A DNA stretch of 20,000 bases from IMG/VR virus record IMGVR_UViG_3300024351_000022, one strand, 5' to 3'. The notes beneath the pieces were generated by a model that was not told the origin of the DNA, did not search any database, and saw only the letters and a list, made by a program, of their open reading frames with translations. The translations under genes and the position numbers were made by a program. The number at the start of each line of letters is the position of its first letter. Positions within the stretch are counted from its first letter, which is position 1. Below are positions 1-6,404 of the stretch, piece after piece. The DNA is from an uncultured virus (IMG/VR IMGVR_UViG_3300024351_000022) (Duplodnaviria; Heunggongvirae; Uroviricota; Caudoviricetes).

Positions 1-216
1 GGGCGGGTGCTCAAGGTGGCGGCGCATTTGCACCACGGAGATTTCGCGGATGGAGCCATCCGGGACCTGGATGTAAAACAGGTCGGGATGAGGGGAGTCT
101 GAGCCGATGGTGTTCCGCTGGGCGATGATGGCGCAGGGCCGGGAATCCCACGCGAATTCGACGCGGGTGCCGATGAGAGCCAAGGGGAGGTGATCAGGAG
201 CGACGAGAGGGAGCAT
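1..216 (-). CDS. hypothetical protein (runs off window edge)
   Basis: Translated by hand: ATG at 216, MLPLVAPDHLPLALIGTRVEFAWDSRPC..., open to position 1; same strand as the array. Confidence 0.55.
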   Translation of the reverse strand, partial: MLPLVAPDHLPLALIGTRVEFAWDSRPCAIIAQRNTIGSDSPHPDLFYIQVPDGSIREISVVQMRRHLEHPP

Positions 217-222
217 GGTATG

Positions 223-300
223 TCAGTGAATGAGGTGGAGGATGCGCACGAGAATCATGCTGAGTGCGGCGAGGATGAGGATGAACAGGGTTCTGGGCAT
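223..300 (-). CDS. putative 25-aa hydrophobic peptide
   Basis: MPRTLFILILAALSMILVRILHLIH*; overlaps the low-complexity tail of the exonuclease ORF and ends just before the next ATG. Confidence 0.3.
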   Translation of the reverse strand: MPRTLFILILAALSMILVRILHLIH

Positions 301-851
301 GGGGTGGATGGGTTGCGGTTCAGATGGGTGAGGCTGGAGGCGAGGTCGCGAAGGCTGGCGATGCAGTCATCCAAGGCGTGGTGAATGCGTTTCGCGGGTT
401 TGGAGTCTCTGCCGAAGGCGAGTTTCCATGTGTCCCGGCCGCAGCTAGTGGACCAGTAGGGGATGGGGAATTTGGAATGTCCTGCCAAGTGGAACAGACT
501 TGACAAAAAGGGGCCGTCGAAGTCCTTCCCCCAGATCCAGAGGTGGGTAATGGGGTGGCGGTGGAGGAAGGCGGACAGGGTGCCGACTGCGGCGGATGGG
601 CTGTAACCATGAGTCCAGTCCATGGGTAGGGTGCCGTTGCTTTTGCGGTGGGCTACGGTTTCCGGGCAGATGTAGCGACCGAGGAGGATTTGATCGAGGA
701 TGCTGAGATCCATGCGGAAGCGGTCGGCGATGACAAAGCCGGTTTCCGGGTCCGGTTTTGTTTCATCGAAGACGATGGCTCCGATTTCGGTAATGACGCC
801 GTGATAGTTCGGCGGTGTGGCGAGGGTTTCGATATCGATGTATGCGTGCAT
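255..851 (-). CDS. DEDDh 3'-5' exonuclease (RNase T / Rv2179c-like phage family)
   Basis: ExoI YIDIETL...ITEIGAIVFD, ExoII WGKDFDGPFL, ExoIII HHALDDC; start placed at MHAYID (851) because the upstream extension is Pro/Ser-rich and overlaps another ORF. Confidence 0.85.
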   Translation of the reverse strand: MHAYIDIETLATPPNYHGVITEIGAIVFDETKPDPETGFVIADRFRMDLSILDQILLGRYICPETVAHRKSNGTLPMDWTHGYSPSAAVGTLSAFLHRHPITHLWIWGKDFDGPFLSSLFHLAGHSKFPIPYWSTSCGRDTWKLAFGRDSKPAKRIHHALDDCIASLRDLASSLTHLNRNPSTPCPEPCSSSSSPHSA

Positions 852-858
852 GGTGGTA

Positions 859-1038
859 TCAGCGAAAGATGAAGCGACGAAGGGCGAAGGTGAGGGAGGC
901 GATGGTGAGGATGGAGGTGGTGGCTCCGGTGATGGCGGCAGAGGTGGTGGACATGCTGCCAAGGGGGAGCAGTAAGGGGGTGAGGCTGGAGGCGTAGCAA
1001 ATCACGGCCAGCACGGCGAAGCGAAGGGCGATGGGCAT
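859..1038 (-). CDS. small membrane protein, 59 aa
   Basis: MPIALRFAVLAVICYASSLTPLLLPLGS...SILTIASLTFALRRFIFR*; two hydrophobic segments; fills the gap between parB-like gene and exonuclease; below the ORF-track cutoff. Confidence 0.6.
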   Translation of the reverse strand: MPIALRFAVLAVICYASSLTPLLLPLGSMSTTSAAITGATTSILTIASLTFALRRFIFR

Positions 1039-1040
1039 AA

Positions 1041-2609
1041 TCAGGAGAGGTGTTTGCGGAGGTCGGTGATGGGGGATTCGTTCCGAATGACGCGGAGAAC
1101 GAGTTCGGTGGTGGTGATGCGGTCTTCCTGTCCGATGCCTTTGGCGTCGAGGTCATCGAGGAGTTTTTCGATCTTCTCCAGTTGCTTGTCCGGAGCGGAG
1201 AATCCGCCGGAGTTTCCGGGGCCGGAGGTGGTGCCATCGCGATTGGTGGAGGTAGCGGATTTAATGCGCTCCATGGCACCGGGATCTGGGGCGGATGGGC
1301 GGGTGTCATCGACAACGGTGACAGGCGAGGAGTCGGCTTCTGCTTCATCGTCAGAGTCATCCCCGTAGCTTTCACCGATGGGGAAGAGTTCGGGTCCGTC
1401 ATCTTCGGCGGCGGGGGAGGAATCCGAGGTTTCCGGCAAGTCTTCATCATCCTCGGACCAAGGTGCGGTGTCATCGGTATCCAGCTCGGTATCGGGATAT
1501 TCGGCATCGAGGGCATCCCGGAATGATGCTCGCAGTGAGCTGATCATTTCCGGGAACTTTTGATCAAGTGCGTGCGTGGCGTGGTAAAACACCTTCCACC
1601 ATGCCTGCTTTTCGTTGGCTGGTGTGGGATCGAGAAGGTTGAGAAGGTGGCAGGGTGAGCCCAAGCCTTCGCCCTTGGCTTGGATGTTGAAACCCGCGCA
1701 CCATTGTTTCTCGTAGCGGGCGAGCCGGAGTTCCAAGGAGATGAGGTGCCAGCTCTTTGGAATGCCGGAGGCCGAAAAGGTGGAGGGATCGTTGAAGATC
1801 CCATACTCAGTGGGTTCTTGTTTTTCGCGGCGATGAAGGGTGAAGGCGATGCCCTTGCGGGCGGGCTTGTCAGCCTTTGGGAGGTGTTTGGGGGTAGCCT
1901 TGTCCTTGCCGAGGGATGCGGCGACGGCGATGGCTTCCTCTGCGGCGGCGACTTGGGCCACGGGGTTGTACTTGTGGCGGCCGATGATTTCGCCGGCGGT
2001 GGTGGGGGAAATTTTTTCTTGTTCTACCAAACGCAACAAGCCGGGCGCACCGAAGCGGATGAGGGTGAGCGCCTGATTCACCGCTTGGCGGGAGGTCTGG
2101 GAGCGGCGTGCGAGGTCTGCCTCGGTGAGGGATGGGTCCTCTTTCATGATGTGGGCATAGACGCGGCCTTTCTCCAGCAGGGAAAACGAGTGCCCGGAAT
2201 TCTCGGAGAGTTGGCCGAAAAGCCTGTCCACGGGTTTCGTGTGTGGCGGCTCGCTGCGGCAAACGAGGAGGAAGGATCTAGCTTTCTCGGCAATGCTTTG
2301 ATCCTCGTGACTTACTAGGACGGTGCGGATGTAGATCCCAGCACGCCAGCGGCGCTCGCCATAGACGACGAGGATCTCGCCGGATTCCCCACGGCGGACG
2401 GTGATGGGGTGTTGCTGGCCATTGAGAAGGAGGTCGATGGCGAGGTCCTCAATGCCGTGGAAGGCGCTGCGCTCGTTCCCCCCATCGGGGCGCATGAGGA
2501 CGGGATCGAGGCGGAAGTTTTCATGACGGCCGGAGCTGAGATGAGCCAGCTTCTGGCCGGTGAACCTGGGAGCTGGTGGCAGGTCTTGGATGATGGCGGC
2601 GATGGACAT
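1041..2609 (-). CDS. ParB/RepB/Spo0J-family protein with long C-terminal extension
   Basis: IEDLAIDLLLNGQQHPITVR...VVYGERRWRA (arginine patch), LSEN, HTH LTEADLARRSQTSRQAVNQAL; then an unknown domain, an acidic linker and a helical C-terminus. Confidence 0.85.
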   Translation of the reverse strand: MSIAAIIQDLPPAPRFTGQKLAHLSSGRHENFRLDPVLMRPDGGNERSAFHGIEDLAIDLLLNGQQHPITVRRGESGEILVVYGERRWRAGIYIRTVLVSHEDQSIAEKARSFLLVCRSEPPHTKPVDRLFGQLSENSGHSFSLLEKGRVYAHIMKEDPSLTEADLARRSQTSRQAVNQALTLIRFGAPGLLRLVEQEKISPTTAGEIIGRHKYNPVAQVAAAEEAIAVAASLGKDKATPKHLPKADKPARKGIAFTLHRREKQEPTEYGIFNDPSTFSASGIPKSWHLISLELRLARYEKQWCAGFNIQAKGEGLGSPCHLLNLLDPTPANEKQAWWKVFYHATHALDQKFPEMISSLRASFRDALDAEYPDTELDTDDTAPWSEDDEDLPETSDSSPAAEDDGPELFPIGESYGDDSDDEAEADSSPVTVVDDTRPSAPDPGAMERIKSATSTNRDGTTSGPGNSGGFSAPDKQLEKIEKLLDDLDAKGIGQEDRITTTELVLRVIRNESPITDLRKHLS

Positions 2610-2612
2610 AAT

Positions 2613-2807
2613 TCAGGGGTGTTTGAGACGAGATGGAGAGACGAGGGTGGTGCGGCCGTTTGGAAGACGGACGGTGATGAACCGGGTGCCAATGGCGGCG
2701 ACGTGACCGCTGCGGCGGGTGGAGGGACTGCCCCAGGTGGGGGAAATGGGAGCGTTCCAAGTGACGGGAGATCCAACAGTCAATCTAGCTAAATCGGTTA
2801 TGAGCAA
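2613..2807 (-). CDS. small hypothetical protein (beta-rich, SH3/KOW-like appearance)
   Basis: 3' part of ORF 2613..3293 (LTVGSPVTW...GHVAAIGTRFITVRLPNGRTTLVSPSRL) looks coding; TTG start is uncertain. Confidence 0.45.
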   Translation of the reverse strand: MLITDLARLTVGSPVTWNAPISPTWGSPSTRRSGHVAAIGTRFITVRLPNGRTTLVSPSRLKHP

Positions 2808-2916
2808 GGTTGCATCGGGTGTTGCGCCAAGCAGAACAAACCTGAGAACGTGGCGCAAGTGCAAAATAAAAGCACAATCGCCAAGAGCGGCGACTGTGCT
2901 TGGGGCGGGGCGGCGA

Positions 2917-2930
2917 GCCGAACGTTCGGC
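2917..2930. repeat. palindrome GCCGAACGTTCGGC copy 1
   Basis: Exact core; extends to a 20-bp palindrome 2914-2933; gene junction. Confidence 0.95.
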
Positions 2931-2940
2931 TCGGGCGGAA

Positions 2941-3363
2941 TCAGCGATGCGGAGCAGTGAGGAAGATGGAAGGGCGGCCGGAATCATCCCGTGCGACGCT
3001 GCCGTGAAACGCTGGAGTGGTGCCGTGCGCGGCAGAACGAAGGTGATCCCTGGCGGACTGGCTGAGATAGACGGGGACGCCATTCTGGGTGCCGACCCAG
3101 CCGGTGCCGTGGCGGGTGAGTGCGCCGGGGGAGGCGGTGATGATGCCGGAGCGGCCGAGGTAGGCGGCAGGGGAGCGGGCGATGATGTCCCCGCGCAGGG
3201 CGGGCACGACACGGACGACGGCCGGGCGCTGCCGGGATGGGGTGATGCGGCCGGGGCCGAAAGGTTTCTTTTCGCCCAAGCCGCCGGGATCATGCAGGGG
3301 CATGTCCTCGAAAGGTGAGGCGAGAAGGGGTAGGGTGAGGAGGGTGATGATGAGGAGTTTCAT
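2941..3363 (-). CDS. hypothetical protein with N-terminal signal-like peptide
   Basis: MKLLIITLLTLPLLAS N-terminus; C/A-rich leader before ATG. Confidence 0.65.
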   Translation of the reverse strand: MKLLIITLLTLPLLASPFEDMPLHDPGGLGEKKPFGPGRITPSRQRPAVVRVVPALRGDIIARSPAAYLGRSGIITASPGALTRHGTGWVGTQNGVPVYLSQSARDHLRSAAHGTTPAFHGSVARDDSGRPSIFLTAPHR

Positions 3364-3383
3364 GGGGTGGTGGGTGGGGGTCT

Positions 3384-3692
3384 TTACTTGGCGTTAGAGT
3401 AGGTCTTTGTGATGACGGACACGGCAGCTTCGATGTCTTTCAAAAGCACGTCCGGAATTTTCGTGCCAAGCTCGTGATCGCCGTCTTCAAACTGCCATCC
3501 GCTCCCGTGGTCAACAAACGCCACCTGGCGTCCCGTTGTTCTTTCCACGATCCAGAGCTTCCAGTGGTCGCTGCCCGAGGTGGAAAGATCCTCAGTGCCT
3601 TCAGGGGCGAAAATCTCACAGGAATACTCGCCGCACTCAGCGCGAAGAGTGGGAGTGTTGGAAGTTGCAATGGCTTTGAATTGGATCGACAT
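3384..3692 (-). CDS. hypothetical protein
   Basis: MSIQFKAIATS...; globular composition, fits gene packing. Confidence 0.7.
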   Translation of the reverse strand: MSIQFKAIATSNTPTLRAECGEYSCEIFAPEGTEDLSTSGSDHWKLWIVERTTGRQVAFVDHGSGWQFEDGDHELGTKIPDVLLKDIEAAVSVITKTYSNAK

Positions 3693-3761
3693 GGTCGTGG
3701 AGTTATTGGTTATGGTTGAAGTTGAATTCAGATGCCGAGGCATGAGTTGTATTCGCGGGTG

Positions 3762-3980
3762 TTAGACTCCCCATTTTTCACGGTCATCGATGTTGATGAC
3801 GAGCACATGGCCTTCCGCGCCGTTTTTGTGCATGGCGTCAACCAGCTTGCAGGCCGCTTCGTGAGTCTTCTTCTTGGACCAGATGGAGTATTTTCCGGGG
3901 GTGCGGCCGTCACGAATGACAAGCCATTCAAGGGCCGGGCGAGCGTTGCTGTTGCTGATTTTGTGGGTAGTGGTCTTCAT
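3762..3980 (-). CDS. hypothetical protein
   Basis: MKTTTHKISNS...EKWGV; ATGA overlap with the upstream gene stop. Confidence 0.65.
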   Translation of the reverse strand: MKTTTHKISNSNARPALEWLVIRDGRTPGKYSIWSKKKTHEAACKLVDAMHKNGAEGHVLVINIDDREKWGV

Positions 3981-4246
3981 GATGATGGGAAGTCTGCCCA
4001 AGGGGCGGGGTTGATGACGAGCTTGCGGCCCGTCCATTCGTAGCGTTTGAGGCTGAGATTGTAGGTGAGAGACTTGGGATTGAGTTTGAGGTAGGCAGTG
4101 AAATCCGAGGATGCTTGGGCGTGAGAGATGCCGAAGCAATCGATGAGGTCAGTGCGGCCGATGGTTCCATTGATCCTTGCCGTGCGCTCCAGCCACGCCA
4201 AGCGGGTTCGTGCATACCAGTTCTTGGGGTTGGTGGAGTTTGACAT
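3977..4246 (-). CDS. stand-alone winged-helix protein resembling the N-terminal DNA-binding domain of CapW/BrxR WYL regulators
   Basis: RLAWLE...GTIGRTDLIDCFGISHAQASSDFTAYLKLNPKSLTYNLSLKRY fits the GxIxRxDLxxxFGISxxQASxDxxxY...P..L.Y pattern; TAATG coupling at 4246. Confidence 0.7.
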   Translation of the reverse strand: MSNSTNPKNWYARTRLAWLERTARINGTIGRTDLIDCFGISHAQASSDFTAYLKLNPKSLTYNLSLKRYEWTGRKLVINPAPWADFPSS

Positions 4247-4632
4247 TAGGAGAGGGCTTTGAGTCTTTCGCACTCAGCAATGATCGACCTGTTGCACCGG
4301 CCGCTCTTGGCGGAAACGATGGTGAATACAGGGCGGGAGTGCTGGCCGTGAGAGCACTCGTATCTTCCGCCAACGGAGAACCTGCCCTCGCCGTCATGCT
4401 CGCAAAACATTGCGTCAGGGTCGCTTGGCTCTGAATTGGTCAGGTGGGAATAAGCTGCGGATACGCTAGAGAATTCTAAGGGGCGGGAGGATGTTTTTCC
4501 GGTGCGGTGATCGTATTCTGGATGGTCCATAAGATAGCCATCTTTTGGGGCATGGTGAGTGCCTGGATAATAGCCAAACTCGGCTTTGATGCGGACGGCG
4601 GTGGATGTGGAGGGAGTGGTGATGGTGCTCAT
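4246..4632 (-). CDS. hypothetical protein
   Basis: 128-aa ORF starting MSTITTP, coupled to the downstream gene. Confidence 0.7.
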   Translation of the reverse strand: MSTITTPSTSTAVRIKAEFGYYPGTHHAPKDGYLMDHPEYDHRTGKTSSRPLEFSSVSAAYSHLTNSEPSDPDAMFCEHDGEGRFSVGGRYECSHGQHSRPVFTIVSAKSGRCNRSIIAECERLKALS

Positions 4633-4763
4633 GATGATGAGGTGGATGAGGTGGAGCTATCGTTGTTGTTCCTGAATGATGAGGCGTTGCATGATGGAGT
4701 GAGCCGAACGTTCGGCTTGGGCCATCCAGTGGAGGAGGTCATCGCCGGAGACGGGCGGGTGAT
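4612..4763. repeat. direct repeat copy 1 (pairs with 5839-6002)
   Basis: 4652-4763 matches 5891-6002 (112 bp, 2 mismatches) and 4612-4640 is identical to 5839-5867. Confidence 0.95.
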
Positions 4764-4770
4764 GAATCAT
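4657..4770 (-). CDS. 37-aa mini-ORF duplicating the C-terminus of the 5896..6387 protein
   Basis: MIHHPPVSGDDLLHWMAQAERSAHSIMQRLIIQEQQR*; ATG overlaps the TGA of the upstream gene (ATGA). Confidence 0.45.
   Translation of the reverse strand: MIHHPPVSGDDLLHWMAQAERSAHSIMQRLIIQEQQR
4703..4716. repeat. palindrome copy 2
   Basis: Exact core within direct repeat 1. Confidence 0.95.
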
Positions 4771-5168
4771 GGCTTGACACCACGGAAGTCACAGACTCCA
4801 CAAAGCCCGTTCGATTCGGTCGCAAGCCTGTGGTGACAGTGCGAGCACCGTCTAGGTGGCGAGGATCTTTCAATGGTTTCTTGCAGCGCAGGGATGCGTT
4901 GGACGATCTGGAGTCCGGCTATGATGGCACCGGGCATTTCATCGCGGCTGATTCCGATTTCCAATCCCCAGTGGTTGGACGGAGTGCGGAACTCGACTAG
5001 GTGGGTGCCGATGGCTGGCTTGATGATGGCGCGGGCACCGTTCCACACGATTTCGATGTCCCCGCCATTGAAGGAGGCTTCGCGGATTTCGGTTTTGCCA
5101 TGCTGCTTCTTAAGGAGTTTGACAATTTTCTGAATGACGGAATCGATTGAGGGCTTTGCTGTTTTCAT
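4767..5168 (-). CDS. hypothetical protein with C-terminal Cys4 zinc-ribbon motif
   Basis: 133-aa ORF; CSHC...CGVC. Confidence 0.7.
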   Translation of the reverse strand: MKTAKPSIDSVIQKIVKLLKKQHGKTEIREASFNGGDIEIVWNGARAIIKPAIGTHLVEFRTPSNHWGLEIGISRDEMPGAIIAGLQIVQRIPALQETIERSSPPRRCSHCHHRLATESNGLCGVCDFRGVKP

Positions 5169-5202
5169 GGACGTGTAATTCGGAGGTTTGGCATGGCGTG
5201 AT

Positions 5203-5859
5203 TTAGATCCCGAGTGATGAGTTGTATGCGCGGGTGAAAAGTTCAGCGAATTTCGCAGCGGCGATTTCTTTTACCCGGTTCGGGATTTCCTCGTCAGAGG
5301 AGATGTCCTCCATGACGAACTCGCCATTTTCATCGTCCTCACAGACACAATAGACCTGCCGGGAGGCGAAAGGCTGACCGACGCGGAGCCAGGGGTGGTC
5401 ATCCACTTCGCATGCTCCGCCGAGTTCTTCAAAGACCGCCTCGGCATCGGGTTCGTCCACGTCAGCTTCATCGACGGCGGAATCAATCGCTTTTTCCAGC
5501 GCATCAAAGAAGGCTTGGGGGTCTTCGCCTTCGGGAACATGGATGTGAACGCAATCATTGGAATTGGAGACTTCGATGCGGCCATCTTCGGTAAATGAAT
5601 ATGGTGAGGGGTTTCCTCGGGCTTGGCCGTCGCTATTCAGACAGCGCCAGCCTCCCGGCTGGGAATTTCCCCAAAGCTCAAGGCCGGAGCCGTCGAGGTC
5701 TTGGTCTGCACCACGCTCAAGGAAGGTGGCGAGTTTCCAGCATTCGATTTTGTAGGTCTGCTCACCGACGATGATTTCCATGTCGTAGTTCCAGTAACCG
5801 GCGTCGGCGTGCTCGGGTTCTGAGGTGGTGATTTCAATGGGAGTGGTGATGGTGCTCAT
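5203..5859 (-). CDS. very acidic hypothetical protein
   Basis: 218-aa ORF starting MSTITTP, strongly D/E-rich. Confidence 0.75.
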   Translation of the reverse strand: MSTITTPIEITTSEPEHADAGYWNYDMEIIVGEQTYKIECWKLATFLERGADQDLDGSGLELWGNSQPGGWRCLNSDGQARGNPSPYSFTEDGRIEVSNSNDCVHIHVPEGEDPQAFFDALEKAIDSAVDEADVDEPDAEAVFEELGGACEVDDHPWLRVGQPFASRQVYCVCEDDENGEFVMEDISSDEEIPNRVKEIAAAKFAELFTRAYNSSLGI

Positions 5860-6002
5860 GATGATGATGTGGTGATGTTGTTGGATGTGTTGGAGTTATC
5901 GTTGTTGTTCCTGAATGATGAGGCTTTGCATGATGGAGTGAGCCGAACGTTCGGCTTGGGCCATCCAGTGGAGGAGGTCATCGCCGGAGACGGGCGGGTG
6001 AT
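5839..6002. repeat. direct repeat copy 2 (pairs with 4612-4763)
   Basis: See copy 1; covers a gene 3' end, the palindrome, the leader and the first codons of the next gene. Confidence 0.95.
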
Positions 6003-6387
6003 CGAAGATGGGGCGGAGGACGGAGAGGTCATCCTTGCCGATGGGGAAGAGCAGTAGTGGTCCGTCTTCGTGGCGGCGTGGGATGCGGAGGATGAAGTCC
6101 TGCTCGCCGGTGCTATCGAGATTAAGCAGGAGCCATTCCGGGATTTCCTGGCTGATCTGCGGGTAGAACTCGCGGACGGTGACGGCCGCAGGGTCCGCCA
6201 CGGACAGGGCATCCAGACACGCATGGATGGTGCCGATGGTGGGGCGGGCGAGGCCGGGGCGGAGGACGACGCGGACCAAGGCTGGATCACTGGAGTAGTG
6301 CAGGATGGAGAGGGTGGAATCACCATCGAAATGCACGACCCAAGAAGCAAAGGGATCGGTGGAGAATTGGTAGGGGGTAAGGATCAT
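5896..6387 (-). CDS. hypothetical protein
   Basis: 163-aa ORF directly downstream of the SNF2 gene. Confidence 0.7.
   Translation of the reverse strand: MILTPYQFSTDPFASWVVHFDGDSTLSILHYSSDPALVRVVLRPGLARPTIGTIHACLDALSVADPAAVTVREFYPQISQEIPEWLLLNLDSTGEQDFILRIPRRHEDGPLLLFPIGKDDLSVLRPIFDHPPVSGDDLLHWMAQAERSAHSIMQSLIIQEQQR
5942..5955. repeat. palindrome copy 3
   Basis: Exact core within direct repeat 2, in a CDS 3' end. Confidence 0.95.
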
Positions 6388-6404
6388 GGCTGGATGGGGG
6401 ATGC

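Noticed and set aside
4612..6002. IS element or integron cassette
   Set aside because: No transposase or integrase, terminal inverted repeats or attC-like structure seen
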